A DNA stretch of 64,000 nucleotides from Thermoanaerobaculia bacterium (GCA_041912555.1 JAYRMU010000063.1:103236-167235), one strand, 5' to 3'; shown: positions 8,290 to 19,575, counted from the stretch's first letter. The notes: a model not told the origin generated them from the letters alone. Made by a program: numbers and translations.

Positions 8290-9765
8290 ATGGCCAGACG
8301 TCTTCCGAAACCGGCCTTCATCGCCTCGCTCGCGCCGAAAGACGCGGAGGACGCGAAGCGCCTCGTCGCGCGCGTTCCGGCGGCGGCCAACGCGATCGAG
8401 ATCCGGATGGACCTCGCGGAGAGGCCGATGCCGGCGGCGGCCGTGGCGAGCCTCGACGCGCGTCCGATCCTCCTGACCTGGCGGTCCCTGGCGGAGGGCG
8501 GGAAGTTCTCGGGATCGGCCGAGGAGTACCGGCGGCTCGTGACGGAGGCCTATGACGCCGGGGCGGCCGTGGACGTCGAGCACGCGCGAGGCCTCCTGTC
8601 CGACCGCTCGCTCTTTCCCGAGCGCGACCGCGTCGTGGTCTCGCTGCACTCGCCCTTCTCCCTGCCGGACGACTGGGAGGCGCGCCTGGCCGCGATGCGC
8701 GCCGCGGGCGCGGCGGCCGTGAAGCTGGTGGCGGGCGCGCCGGACGTGGCGGCGGGGCTGCGGATCGCGGGGATCCAGCGCCGCAGCGGCCCGGACGCCG
8801 CCGTCTTCCCGATGGGTCCGACGAGCGCGCCCGGGCGCGTCCTCTCGGCGCTCTTCGGAGCCGCCCTCGTGTACGGTCCGGTCGACCGGGACACCGCACC
8901 GGGCCAGGTCCCGATCGCGGACCTGCTCGACGTCTACGGGGTCGACCGGCCGCGGCCGATCGAGGCCCTGTTCGGGGTGATCGCGGGAAGCACCGCCCGG
9001 TCCCTCTCCCCGCGCCTCCACAATGCGCTGTTTCGCTCGCGCGACCTGCCGTACCTCTACCTGCCGCTGCAGGTCGCCGATTTCGAGCGCGAGAAGCCCC
9101 ACGAGATCGCGTTCGATCCGCCGTTCCGGGGCTTCGCCGTGACCCAGCCCTGGAAGCTCGCCGCCGCGCGCGCGGGCCGGCCCTCCGACGACGTCCGCCT
9201 GATCGGGGCGGCGAACACGCTCGTGCGCGAGCGCGGCGTCTGGCGAGCCGAGAACACCGACGTCGACGGCGTCTTCGATCCTCTCGCCGACCACGGAACG
9301 GGAGAGGGGCGCAGCGCGGTCGTCGTCGGCGCGGGCGGCGCCGCGCGCGCCGCCGTCGTGGCGGCGAGGCGGCTCGGGTACGAGGTGGCGATCGCCGCGC
9401 GGCGCGACGCCGAGGCCGACCGGCTCGCCGAGACCCTGCGCGTCGACTCGCTCGCGTGGTCGGACCTTCCGGCCAGCGAGGCGGACCTGTACCTCAACGC
9501 GACGCCGGTCGGCTGGCGGGACGACGAGCCGTCCGCCATCCCCGAGCGCGTGCTCGAGGGACGCCCGCTCGTCTTCGACTGCGTGTACCGGCGCGACGGG
9601 CGCGAGACCTCGACGATCCGGGCGGCCCGCGCCGCGAAGTGCCCGACGGTGGACGGCCTGCGCATGTTCGTCGTGCAGGCGGTTCGCCAGGCGCAACTCT
9701 TCGGCGTCGAGGGGGTGACCACCGAGGAAGTCGCCCGGATCCTGCGCGCGGGATTCCCGTCGTGA
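8290..9765 (+). CDS. aroDE: bifunctional 3-dehydroquinate dehydratase (type I) / shikimate 5-dehydrogenase fusion
   Basis: The N-terminal half is AroD-like (IEIRMDL...KLVAGAPD). The C-terminal half is AroE-like (SRDLPYLYLPLQV...NTLVRERGVWRAENTDVDG...VVVGAGGAARAAVVA...LYLNATPVG). Confidence 0.8.
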   Translation: MARRLPKPAFIASLAPKDAEDAKRLVARVPAAANAIEIRMDLAERPMPAAAVASLDARPILLTWRSLAEGGKFSGSAEEYRRLVTEAYDAGAAVDVEHARGLLSDRSLFPERDRVVVSLHSPFSLPDDWEARLAAMRAAGAAAVKLVAGAPDVAAGLRIAGIQRRSGPDAAVFPMGPTSAPGRVLSALFGAALVYGPVDRDTAPGQVPIADLLDVYGVDRPRPIEALFGVIAGSTARSLSPRLHNALFRSRDLPYLYLPLQVADFEREKPHEIAFDPPFRGFAVTQPWKLAAARAGRPSDDVRLIGAANTLVRERGVWRAENTDVDGVFDPLADHGTGEGRSAVVVGAGGAARAAVVAARRLGYEVAIAARRDAEADRLAETLRVDSLAWSDLPASEADLYLNATPVGWRDDEPSAIPERVLEGRPLVFDCVYRRDGRETSTIRAARAAKCPTVDGLRMFVVQAVRQAQLFGVEGVTTEEVARILRAGFPS

Positions 9766-11296
9766 GCCGACGCGGCGGGGAGCGCGAAGCCTTCCTGGCG
9801 AAGGCGCGGGCCGGCCGGTGCGTTGCGGTCGCGCGGGAGCTCCCCGCGGACCTCCTGACCCCCGTGATGCTCTTCTCGCGCATGCGGGCCGCGGGGGAGG
9901 AGTCGTTCCTTCTCGAGAGCGTCGAGGGCGGGGAGACCGTCGCGCGATACACGTTCCTCGGCACCCGCCCGAGCGCCCGCTGGACGCTGCGCGACGGCGT
10001 GGCGAGCGTCGAGCGGGACGGAAAGAGCGCCCGTCCGCCGGGGCTCCCGCTGGCTTCGCTCGAGGCGCTCGCCCGGAAAGAGCCCTTCGTGCCCGACCCC
10101 GATCTCCCGCCGCTCTGTTCCGGCGCCGTCGGGTTCCTGTCCTACGACGCCGTGCGCCTCTTCGAGGAGATCCCGGACCGCCACGCCCGCGAAGGCGCGA
10201 TTCCCGACGCGCTCTTTCTCCTCTTCGACGCGGTCGCGGCCTTCGACCACCCGCGGCAGCGCCTCGTCCTGCTGACCACGCTCGATCTCACGGACGGCGG
10301 CGACGCCGGCGCCGAGGCGGACGGCGCGATCGCGCGGCTCGACCGGCTCGAGGCCCTGGTGCACGGCGGCGCGGCGGCGCCGAAGGCTCCCTCGCGCCGC
10401 GCCGCCCCGGCGGACGGCTCCGGTTTTCAGGCCGCCGTCCCGAGGGAGCGCTTCCTGGAGGCCGTCGGCGTGATCAAGGAGGCCATCGCTTCCGGCGAGG
10501 TCTACCAGTGCGTCCTGTCGCAGCGCTGGACGGCGCGCCTCGGGATCGATCCGTTCGCCGTCTACCGCGCCCTGCGCGCCCTGAACCCGTCGCCCTACCT
10601 CTTCTATCTCGAAACGCGCGAGGCGACGATCCTCGGCTCCTCGCCCGAGATGCTCGTGCGGTGCCGCGGGCCCCGTGTCGAAACACGACCCATCGCCGGG
10701 ACCACCGCCCGCGGCGCGACGCCCGAGGACGACGCGCGCCTGGCGGCGGCCCTGCTCGCCGATCCGAAGGAGCGCGCCGAGCACGTGATGCTGGTGGACC
10801 TCTCGCGCAACGACCTCGGGCGCGTCTGCGAGGTGGGCAGCGTGGCCGTGCCCCGGTACGCCACGGTCGAGAAGTTCTCCCACGTGCAGCACATCGTGTC
10901 GGAGGTGCGCGGCCGCCTCGCGGCGGGACGCAGCGCCGCCGACGCCCTGGCCGCTTGCTTTCCGGCCGGAACGCTGACGGGCGCCCCGAAGATCCGGGCG
11001 ATGGAGCTGATCGACGGCCTCGAGGCGAAGCGCCGCGGGATCTACGGCGGCGCGGTCGGCTACTTCGATGCGGCCGGCAACTGCGACATGGCGATCGCGA
11101 TCCGGACCGCGGTGGTGGAGAAGGGGTTCTGGAAGATCCAGGCCGGCGCCGGCATCGTCGCCGACTCCGTGCCCGAGCGCGAGTACGCCGAGGCCGAGTC
11201 CAAGGCCGCCGCGCTCTTTCGCGCGATCGAACTGGCGGGCGACTGGTTCGGCTCCGCGAGTCCGAAATCCGAAGCTCGACATCCGGAATCCCCCTC

Positions 11297-11300
<4 letters not shown>
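9762..11300 (+). CDS. trpE: anthranilate synthase component I
   Basis: LLESVEGGE...YQCVLSQRW...LFYLETREATILGSSPEMLV...GTLTGAPKIRAMELIDGLE...AGAGIVADS. The GTG start overlaps the aroDE stop (GTGA). Confidence 0.9.
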
Positions 11301-11865
<565 letters not shown>

Positions 11866-11869
<4 letters not shown>

Positions 11870-12888
11870 CGCCGGGAATCGCGGAGGCGCTGCGCATGGT
11901 CGCCGGGCGAAAGACCCTGCCTCGCGCCCTGGCCGAGGCGGCGTTCGGCGACCTCATGGACGGGCGCGCGACCGAGGCGCAGAAGGGCGCGATCCTGCTC
12001 GGGATCGCCACGCGCGGCGAAACGGCCGACGAGATCGCGGGAGCCGTCGCGGCCCTGCGCCGGAGGATGCGGCGCGTCGAGACGCGGCGGTCGCCGCTGC
12101 TCGACACCTGCGGTCCCGGCGGCCTCGGCCGCGACCTCTTCAACGTCTCGACGGCGGCCGCGATCGTCGCGGCGGGGGCGGGCGCCGCCGTGGCGAAGCA
12201 CGGAAACCGCTCGATCTCCTCCCGCGTCGGGTCGGCCGACGTCCTCGAGGCGGGCGGCGTGCGCGTCGACCTCGGGCCTTCCGCGGCCGGCCGCGTGCTG
12301 GACGAAGCGGGGATCGTCTTCCTCTTCGCCCCGGGGTTCCATCCGGCGATGCAGGAGCTCGGCACCGTGAGGCGGGAGCTCGGCATCCGCACGATCTTCA
12401 ACGCCCTCGGTCCCCTCGCCAACCCGGCCGGAGCGACGCGGCAGCTGATCGGCGTCGGGAGGCCGGACCTCGTGCGCCTGCTCGCGGACGCGCTCGCCTC
12501 GCTCGGCAGCGAGCACGCGATCGTCTTTCATTCCGAGACGGGGCTCGACGAGCTGGTTCCCGGCCACCCGGCCTCCGGCGTCGAGGTCCTGGACGGCTGG
12601 ACCCGGCCGTGGCGGTTCGACCCGGCCGAGTTGCCGCAGCCGCCCGTGACGCTCGAGGAGCTCAAGGGGGGAGACGCCGCGGAAAACGCCGCGATGCTGC
12701 GGCGCCTGCTCGAGGGGGAAACGGGTCCCCGGCGCGAGGCGGTCCTCGCCAACGCGGCCGTCGCGCTGGTCGTCGAGGGGCGCGCCGCGACGGCCCGCGA
12801 AGGATACGAGCGCGCACGGGCGGCGCTCGACGCGGGAGAGGCGGCGCGCCGCTTCGAGAGGATGAAGCAGGCCTCGGGAGCGGCATGA
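11866..12888 (+). CDS. trpD: anthranilate phosphoribosyltransferase
   Basis: DTCGPGGLGRDLFNVSTAAAIVAAGAG...VAKHGNRS...GIRTIFNALGPLANP. Confidence 0.9.
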
Positions 12889-13652
12889 GCGACGTCCTGA
12901 CGGCGATCCTCGCCTCGAAGCAGTCGCGCCTCTCGCGGGGCGAGTACGCGGCGCGGGGCGTCGCGGCGCGCCCGAGCGACGGCGCGGGCTTCGCGGCCTC
13001 GCTGCGCGCTCCGGGCACGCGCATCATCGCGGAGTTCAAGGCGAAGTCCCCGTCGGCCGGGCAGATCCTCTCGAATCCCGACGGGAAGGTCGAGAGCTTC
13101 GCGCTCTTCTACCGGCGGGGGCACGCGGCCGCGATCTCCGTCGTGACCGAACAGGACCACTTCGGCGGAGACCCCTCCTGGCTGCCGAGGATGAAGGCGA
13201 TGTCGGGCCTTCCCGTCCTCATGAAAGACTTCCTCTTCGACGAGCGGCAGCTCGACTTCGCCGCGGCGCTCGGAGCGGACGCCGTTCTGCTCATCGTGCG
13301 CGCCCTGCGCGACGAGGACCTCGCCCGGCTGCGCGCGGGGGCGCGCGAGCGGGGGCTCGCCGCCGTCGTCGAGGCGCACGGGGCCGTCGAGATCCGGCGG
13401 GCCGCCGCCGTCGAGCCGGACGCGGTCGGCGTCAACGCCCGGGATCTCGCGAATTTCCAGACCGACATCGGCTCGATCGAGGCGATGGCCCGCGAGATCC
13501 CGAGCGGGCCCGTCCGCCTGGCGGAGAGCGGAATCCGCACCCGCGAGGACGTCGAGCGGCTCGCGGCGGCCGGGTTCGAGGCGTTCCTCGTCGGCGAGAG
13601 CCTCCTGCGGGCCGACGATCCCGAGGAAGCGCTGCGGGGCCTGCGGGGATGA
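12885..13652 (+). CDS. trpC: indole-3-glycerol phosphate synthase
   Basis: IIAEFKAKSPSAGQI...AAISVVTEQDHFGG...GVNARDLANFQTD. ATGA overlap with trpD. Confidence 0.9.
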   Translation: MSDVLTAILASKQSRLSRGEYAARGVAARPSDGAGFAASLRAPGTRIIAEFKAKSPSAGQILSNPDGKVESFALFYRRGHAAAISVVTEQDHFGGDPSWLPRMKAMSGLPVLMKDFLFDERQLDFAAALGADAVLLIVRALRDEDLARLRAGARERGLAAVVEAHGAVEIRRAAAVEPDAVGVNARDLANFQTDIGSIEAMAREIPSGPVRLAESGIRTREDVERLAAAGFEAFLVGESLLRADDPEEALRGLRG

Positions 13653-14266
13653 CGGCCGTCAAGATCTGCGGCCTCACCCGGCCGGAGGACGTCGCCGCCG
13701 CCTGCGAGCTCGGCGCGGCGTACGCGGGCTTCAACTTCGCGGCGCAGTCCCCTCGGCGCGTCACGCCGGCCGCCTCCCGCGAGCTCGCGCGGGCCTGCGC
13801 GCCCGGAGTCCTCAAGGTCGGCGTCTTCGTCGGAGAGGGCGCGGATGCGATCGCTCGCGCCGTCGAGTCCGCGGGCCTGGATCTCGTGCAGCTCCACCGG
13901 CGTATCACGGAGGAGGACGTCGCCGCCTCTCCCGTGCCGATCATCGCCGTCGCCCGCCCCTCGGGCCCGCGCTTCGACGTGCCGCGCGGCGACATCCTCG
14001 TGCGCTGTCATGCCCTCCTCTACGACCCGAGCGAAGGCGCCGGGGCGCGGATCGACCCGGCCCGCGTCGAGGAGGCGAGCTGGCCCGTGCCGGTGCTGGT
14101 GGCGGGAGGACTGACGCCCGAGACGGTGGGCGCCGTCATCCGAAGCCTGCGGCCGGCCGGCGTCGACGTCGCGTCCGGCGTCGAGAGCGCTCCGGGAGTC
14201 AAGGACCGCGGGGCGCTCTCGCGGTTCTTCGCGGCGGTGAGGGAGGCGGATGCGCAAGCGGGCTAG
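13649..14266 (+). CDS. trpF: phosphoribosylanthranilate isomerase
   Basis: [30 protein letters not shown]...[12 protein letters not shown]. Confidence 0.85.
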   Translation: MTAVKICGLTRPEDVAAACELGAAYAGFNFAAQSPRRVTPAASRELARACAPGVLKVGVFVGEGADAIARAVESAGLDLVQLHRRITEEDVAASPVPIIAVARPSGPRFDVPRGDILVRCHALLYDPSEGAGARIDPARVEEASWPVPVLVAGGLTPETVGAVIRSLRPAGVDVASGVESAPGVKDRGALSRFFAAVREADAQAG

Positions 14267-15443
14267 GGAACGGCGCGGCTACTTCGGCGAGTACGGAGGC
14301 CAGTTCGCGCCCGAGACGCTCATGGCGCCGCTCGCGGAGCTCGAGACGGCCTTCGCGAAGTGGCGGCGCGACCGCGGGTTCCGGGGCGAGCTCGACGAGC
14401 TCCTGCGGAGCTACGCCGGCCGTCCGACGGCGCTGACGTTCGCGGACCGGCTGACGCGCCGGTGCGGGGGAGCGCGCATCGCCCTGAAGCGCGAGGACCT
14501 CCTGCACACGGGAGCGCACAAGCTCAACAACGCCCTCGGTCAGGTCCTGCTCGCCCGGAAGATGCGCAAGTCGCGGGTCGTCGCGGAGACGGGCGCGGGA
14601 CAGCACGGGGTCGCCACCGCGGCCGCCGCGGCCAAGCTCGGAATCCCGTGCCGCGTCTACATGGGCGTGACGGACATGGCGCGCCAGTCCCCGAACGTCG
14701 CGCGGATGCGCCTGCTCGGCGCCGAGGTCGTCGGCGTGGACTCGGGCTCGAGGACGCTCAAGGACGCGATCAACGAGGCGATGCGCGACTGGACGGAGAA
14801 CGTGGCGACGACGCACTACGTGCTCGGCTCGGCCCTCGGTCCGCACCCCTACCCGTCCATCGTGCGGGAATTCCAGTCCGTCATCGGCCGCGAGGCGCGC
14901 CGCCAGTTCCGCAGGCTCGCGGGCCGGGACCCGCGAGCGGCCGTGGCCTGCGTCGGAGGGGGATCCAACGCGATCGGCCTCTTCTCGGCGTACCTCGCGA
15001 CCCGCGTCGCGCTCTACGGGGTCGAGGCCGGCGGCCGCGGGTCCGGGCCCGGAGAGCACGCGGCGCGCTTTTCGGGCGGCGCGGTCGGGGTGCTGCACGG
15101 CACGCGCACCATGCTCCTCCAGGACGAGGCGGGCCAGATCCTGCCGACCCACTCGGTCTCGGCGGGCCTCGATTACCCGGCGGTCGGACCGGAGCACGCG
15201 GCCCTCCACGACGCGGGGCGCGTCACCTACGCGCGCGTGTCCGACGCGGAGGCGCTCGACGCGTTCGCGCTCCTCTGCGAGACCGAGGGCATCCTGCCGG
15301 CCCTCGAGTCGGCGCACGCCATCGCGTTCGCGGCGAAGCTCGCGCGCCGCCTGCCGCGCGCCGCGTGGGTCCTCGTGAACCTCTCGGGCCGCGGCGACAA
15401 GGACCTCGACGAGTACCTGCGGGCGCGGGGCGAGGTTCCGTGA
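14250..15443 (+). CDS. trpB: tryptophan synthase beta subunit
   Basis: [10 protein letters not shown]...[20 protein letters not shown]...[10 protein letters not shown]...GGGSNAIG. Confidence 0.9.
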   Translation: MRKRARERRGYFGEYGGQFAPETLMAPLAELETAFAKWRRDRGFRGELDELLRSYAGRPTALTFADRLTRRCGGARIALKREDLLHTGAHKLNNALGQVLLARKMRKSRVVAETGAGQHGVATAAAAAKLGIPCRVYMGVTDMARQSPNVARMRLLGAEVVGVDSGSRTLKDAINEAMRDWTENVATTHYVLGSALGPHPYPSIVREFQSVIGREARRQFRRLAGRDPRAAVACVGGGSNAIGLFSAYLATRVALYGVEAGGRGSGPGEHAARFSGGAVGVLHGTRTMLLQDEAGQILPTHSVSAGLDYPAVGPEHAALHDAGRVTYARVSDAEALDAFALLCETEGILPALESAHAIAFAAKLARRLPRAAWVLVNLSGRGDKDLDEYLRARGEVP

Positions 15444-16243
15444 GCCGCCTCGCCGACGCGTTCGCGCGAGCCGGGCGCGAGGGGCGGGCGGCCTTCGTCG
15501 CCTACGTCACCGCGGGCGATCCCTCGCCGGACGCCACGGTCGCCCTGGCCCGCGCCCTCGCGCGCGCCGGGACCGACGTCCTCGAGCTCGGCGTGCCGTT
15601 TTCCGATCCGATCGCGGACGGCCCCGTCCTCCAGCGGGCGGCCTCCCGCGCGATCGCGGCGGGGACGACCCTCGAGCGGGTCTTCGAGATCGCGCGGCGC
15701 ATCCGGGCGGAGACCGACCTCGCGCTCGTCCTCTTCTCGTACCTGAACCCCGTCCTGCGGCGGGGCATCGGCCGGGCGGCGCGCGAGGCGCGGGAGGCCG
15801 GATTCGACGGGGCGCTACTCACCGACCTGCCGCCCGAGGAAGCCGGCGCCCTGCAGCCGGTCCTGCGCGCGGCCGGCCTCGACACGGTCTTCCTGGTGTC
15901 GCCCACGTCGCCCCCGGCGCGCATGGCGGCGGCCGCGCGGCTCTCGAGCGGGTTCCTCTACGTCGTGTCCCGGTCGGGGACGACGGGCGCCCGCCAGGAC
16001 CTCGCGCGCGACCTGCCCGAAACCGTGCGCCGCGCGCGAAAGGAGGCCGGAACGCTTCCGGTCGCGATCGGCTTCGGCATCGCCACGCCGGACGCCGCCG
16101 CCCGCGCCGCGGGTCTGGCCGACGGCGTCGTCGTGGGATCCGCCCTCGTCCGGGCGGCGGAGGAGGCGGGGGAGGGCCGGGAGGCCGCCGTCGAGAAGCT
16201 CGCGAGGACTCTCGCTCGGGCGTGCCGGCGCCCGGCAAAGTAG
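15440..16243 (+). CDS. trpA: tryptophan synthase alpha subunit
   Basis: [14 protein letters not shown]...[18 protein letters not shown]...[13 protein letters not shown]...GFGIATPD. The GTG start overlaps the trpB stop. Confidence 0.9.
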   Translation: MSRLADAFARAGREGRAAFVAYVTAGDPSPDATVALARALARAGTDVLELGVPFSDPIADGPVLQRAASRAIAAGTTLERVFEIARRIRAETDLALVLFSYLNPVLRRGIGRAAREAREAGFDGALLTDLPPEEAGALQPVLRAAGLDTVFLVSPTSPPARMAAAARLSSGFLYVVSRSGTTGARQDLARDLPETVRRARKEAGTLPVAIGFGIATPDAAARAAGLADGVVVGSALVRAAEEAGEGREAAVEKLARTLARACRRPAK

Positions 16244-16246
16244 GGC

Positions 16247-16906
16247 ATGCGCACCGAGGGGGAGTGCCTCAAGCTCCTTCGCCGGCCGGACCTTCCGGCC
16301 GAAACTCTTCAGGAAATTCTGGGAGACCGGGCGGCCCGCAGGTTCCACGCGGTGCGCCGGGCCCTGGCCGCCCACCCGCGAACGCCTCGCGGGGACGCGC
16401 TCGCGCTGGTCGCGACGCTCTTCTGGAGGGATCTCGCCTGGCTCTCGGCGGACGTGCGGGTTCACCCCGCGATCCGGAGGGCGGCGGACCTCGACCTGCT
16501 GCGCCGGCTGCCGGAGATGGCGGTCGCCGAGCGGGTCGACCTGGCTCGCAACGTCGGCCGGGGCGCTCTCCTGGCGCTGCGGCTCGACCCCGACCCCAGG
16601 GTCCTCGCCTCCGTGCTGGAAAACCGGTTCGCGATCGAAGCGGACATCGTCCAGGCCGCGGCCGCCGGCCAGGGGGAGCGGGCGGAGTGCCTGTCCCTGA
16701 TCGCCGAACACCCCCGCTGGGGCGTCCGTCCGGCCGTCCGGAGCGCGATCCTGAGGAATCCGGCGCTCCCGCAGTCCGTCGCGCTGTCGCTGCTGACCCG
16801 GGCGAGCCTCGACGACCTGCGCGGGATCGTCGAATCCCCCCGTTCGGCGCCGCTCCTGCGGGCCTGCGCGGAAAGAGTCCTTGCGGAGCGGGTCGCAGCG
16901 GTCTAG
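16247..16906 (+). CDS. hypothetical alpha-helical repeat protein (LRV/HEAT-like repeats), co-transcribed after trpA
   Basis: Its ATG lies 3 nt after the trpA stop. It contains repeated DPDPRVLASVLEN.../HPRWGVRPAVRSAILRNPALP motifs. There is no recognisable enzyme motif. Confidence 0.5.
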   Translation: MRTEGECLKLLRRPDLPAETLQEILGDRAARRFHAVRRALAAHPRTPRGDALALVATLFWRDLAWLSADVRVHPAIRRAADLDLLRRLPEMAVAERVDLARNVGRGALLALRLDPDPRVLASVLENRFAIEADIVQAAAAGQGERAECLSLIAEHPRWGVRPAVRSAILRNPALPQSVALSLLTRASLDDLRGIVESPRSAPLLRACAERVLAERVAAV

Positions 16907-16937
16907 CATCGAGTGTCCTCAATCGCGGGAGACGAGC

Positions 16938-17717
16938 ATGGGTGAGACACCGGGCCTCACGTTCGGAGAGGAGCTCCGTCGGGAGAGGCTCATCCGCGAG
17001 GTCTCGCTCGAAGAAATCTCGGCGTCGACGAAGATCTCGGTCCGCCTGCTGACCGCCCTGGAATCGAGCGATCTCTCCCGGCTTCCCGCGCCGGTCTTCA
17101 CGCGGGGGTTCATCCGCTCCTACTCCCGGCACCTGGGACTCGACCCCGACGAGATGGTCAACGCGTACCTCGCCGACCTCGCGCCGGACAAGTCGGGCGA
17201 CGGGGCCTCGAAGAAGGGCCGCCTCCGGTCCCGCTTTCTCCGGGGCCGCCGCGCCGCCGCGAGCACGATCGTCATCAGCGTCACCGCCATCCTCCTCGTG
17301 CTCGGCCTGATCGCGCGTCCGGCGCGGCACAGCATCGGCTCCACGCCGATCGTCCAGCGCCACGTCGCTCCCGTGACGTTCAAGAACGTCGCGGTGTCTC
17401 CCGGGCCGGCGCCCGTGGCCGTTCACGAAGAGACCGCGGCGGACGCGGCCAAGCCCGCGGCCGGAGTCTCGATGGAGCTCGAGTTCGAGCAGGACTCGTG
17501 GACCGAGGTGACCACGGCCGACGGACAGCCGATCTTCTCCGGTCTCGCTCGGCGCGGCACGAAGCAGCGGTTCGAGGCGCACGACGGGTTCCGCCTGACG
17601 CTCGGCAACGCCGGCGGCGTGCGCGTGACCGTGGACGGCCGTCCCCTCGAGCCGCTCGGCGGAGCGGGCCAGGTGGTCCGCAATCTGCCTCTGCCCGCGC
17701 GCCTGACGCAGAGCTAG
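16938..17717 (+). CDS. rodZ: RodZ-like cytoskeleton protein (N-terminal HTH, TM segment, C-terminal DUF4115-like domain)
   Basis: MGETPGLTFGEELRRERLIREVSLEEISASTKISVRLLTALE. TM helix AASTIVISVTAILLVLGLIA. C-terminal EFEQDSWTEVTTADGQPIF...GNAGGVRVTVDGRPL. GGGAG lies 10 nt upstream of the ATG. Confidence 0.8.
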   Translation: MGETPGLTFGEELRRERLIREVSLEEISASTKISVRLLTALESSDLSRLPAPVFTRGFIRSYSRHLGLDPDEMVNAYLADLAPDKSGDGASKKGRLRSRFLRGRRAAASTIVISVTAILLVLGLIARPARHSIGSTPIVQRHVAPVTFKNVAVSPGPAPVAVHEETAADAAKPAAGVSMELEFEQDSWTEVTTADGQPIFSGLARRGTKQRFEAHDGFRLTLGNAGGVRVTVDGRPLEPLGGAGQVVRNLPLPARLTQS

Positions 17718-17737
17718 CCGACCCGGGTCGCTGTCTC

Positions 17738-18835
17738 TTGGCCGAGCCCGATCCTTCCCCGCTCACCGAGCCCCGGGACCTGCTCGCCATCGTGCGCTCC
17801 CCGGAGGCGCCGCGCGAGCTGCGCGCGTTCGCCGCCCGGGGCCTGCTGCCGCTCGAGAGCGTCGATCGCCTGCGGGCCCTGCTCGCCGTCGTGGAGGACC
17901 CGGACCCGGAGGTCGGCCCGCCGGCGCTGGCCACCCTGGCCGCGATCGCGCCCGACGACGTCGCGCACTTCGTCGACGCGGCCGAGCCGACGGCCAGAGA
18001 GCTCGACGTCATCAGCCGCCACACCGACGATCACGTGGTCCTCGAGCGGATCATCCGGAATCGGGACGCCGGCGACGACACGCTGTTGCGCCTTGCCGGC
18101 TCCGTGAGCGGAGCCCCGCAGGAAGCGCTGATCGTCAACCAGGTGCGCCTGATCCGCCAGCCCGCGCTCATCGATGCCCTCCTCGGGAATCCCGAGCTGA
18201 CGATCGACGGGCGTCGCCGCCTGCTCGAGCTGCGCGAGGAGTTCTTCGAGAAGGAGGAGCGCCGCCGGGAGCAGGAGCGGCTGCGCGCCGAAGAGGCGGA
18301 GCGGATCGCGCGGCAGGAGGCGGCCGGCATCGTGTTCGAGGAGGCCGCGTCGGAGGAGGGCGCTCCCGAGGAAGAGGGCGAGGAGACGCCCGCGGGGGAG
18401 GAGGACGAATACAGCTCGGCCAACCTCGCCCAGGTCTTCCGGCGCATCTCCATGATGACGGTCAAGGAGAAGCTGGCGCTCGCCCAGCGCGGGACCAAGG
18501 AAGAGCGCCGGATCCTCATCGCCGACGTGAACAAGATCGTGAGCCTCGCCGTCCTGCGGTGCGAGTCGCTGACGCCGGCCGAGGTGGAGTCGATCTGCGC
18601 GATGCGGAATCTCCACCAGGAGATCTTCCACGAGATCGCCACGACGCGGGAGTGGATCAAGCGTCCCCGCATCCAGATCGCGCTGGTGAACAACCCCGCG
18701 GTGCCCCTGCCCCTCACCCTCCCGCTGATCAAGTTCCTGAGCATGCGGGAACTGCGCAACCTGGCGCGCGATCGGAATCTCGCGGAGGGCATTCGGATGG
18801 CCGCGCGCAAGCTCCTGCTCGACAAGCGCGGCTGA
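17738..18835 (+). CDS. hypothetical repeat protein with a Glu-rich coiled/acidic linker; its C-terminus is paralogous to that of the 16247..16906 protein
   Basis: A TTG start at 17738 is assumed (LAEPDPSPL...). Acidic stretch EEFFEKEERRREQERLRAEEAERIARQEAAG...EEEGEETPAGEEDEY. The C-terminus KFLSMRELRNLARDRNLAEGIRMAARKLLLDKR resembles SLLTRASLDDLRGIVESPRSAPLLRACAERVLAER of the upstream protein. Confidence 0.5.
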   Translation: MAEPDPSPLTEPRDLLAIVRSPEAPRELRAFAARGLLPLESVDRLRALLAVVEDPDPEVGPPALATLAAIAPDDVAHFVDAAEPTARELDVISRHTDDHVVLERIIRNRDAGDDTLLRLAGSVSGAPQEALIVNQVRLIRQPALIDALLGNPELTIDGRRRLLELREEFFEKEERRREQERLRAEEAERIARQEAAGIVFEEAASEEGAPEEEGEETPAGEEDEYSSANLAQVFRRISMMTVKEKLALAQRGTKEERRILIADVNKIVSLAVLRCESLTPAEVESICAMRNLHQEIFHEIATTREWIKRPRIQIALVNNPAVPLPLTLPLIKFLSMRELRNLARDRNLAEGIRMAARKLLLDKRG

Positions 18836-18873
18836 GCGGAACCGGGCCTTCGCCCCTCCCGGGGGGAGGCCGC

Positions 18874-18902
18874 TTGCCGAAGCCCCTCGTTTCCCGTATG
18901 TT
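18874..18902 (+). promoter_or_regulatory. weak candidate promoter upstream of the DnaJ-TPR gene
   Basis: TTGCCG (18874-18879), 17 nt, then TATGTT (18897-18902). A GC hairpin CCTCCC-GG-GGGAGG lies just upstream. Confidence 0.25.
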
Positions 18903-18947
18903 ACCCTCTGAAGAAATCGCCCGCTGCGCGGTCGAGGTTCCAGCAAG

Positions 18948-19568
18948 ATGCCGCGAGACATTGACTATTACGACCTGCTCGGCGTGGCCCGGGACGCCAG
19001 CGAAGTCGAGATTCGAGAGCGGTTTCGCGCTCTGGCGCGGGAGGCTCACCCGGATCGGGCGCCGGCCGGCAAGAAGGCGGAAGCGGAAGCGAAGTTTCAG
19101 GACCTGACCGAGGCGGTGAACGTGCTGACGAACCCGGAGAGGCGGAAATCGTACGACTTCGACCTGGCCGCCGCGGCCGGGATGTCCGGCGACGCCGACG
19201 TCGTCGCCCAGAACTACCTCGGCCAGGGGATCGCTGCCTACAAGGAGCGCAAGTTCGCCGAGGCCGCGGGCAACTTTCAGCTGGCCGTCGGGCGCAACCC
19301 GCGCGACGTCAAGGCCCAGCACTATCTGGGGCTGGCCTCGGCCCGGGCCGGCGACGTGCGCATGGCCGTCAAGGCCATCGAGGCCGCTCTCACCATCGAG
19401 CCGCACAACGGCGCCCTCCTGAAGGACGCCGGGGCGATCTTCCGGCAGGCCGGTCTCCTGCTCAAGGCGGAGAAGGCGTACCAGGAAGCCATTCGCTGGG
19501 ATCCCGCGGCGGGCGAGGCGCGCAAGGCGCTCGAAGAAATCCGCGTGCAGCGGGCAGGCCGAGGGTAA
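18948..19568 (+). CDS. DnaJ (J-domain) protein with C-terminal TPR repeats
   Basis: IDYYDLLGVARDASEVEIRERFRALAREAHPDRA (J-domain with HPD). TPR-like repeats follow (AAYKERKFAEAAGNFQLAVGRNPRDVKAQHYLGLA...). Confidence 0.8.
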   Translation: MPRDIDYYDLLGVARDASEVEIRERFRALAREAHPDRAPAGKKAEAEAKFQDLTEAVNVLTNPERRKSYDFDLAAAAGMSGDADVVAQNYLGQGIAAYKERKFAEAAGNFQLAVGRNPRDVKAQHYLGLASARAGDVRMAVKAIEAALTIEPHNGALLKDAGAIFRQAGLLLKAEKAYQEAIRWDPAAGEARKALEEIRVQRAGRG

Positions 19569-19575
19569 CGCCGCC

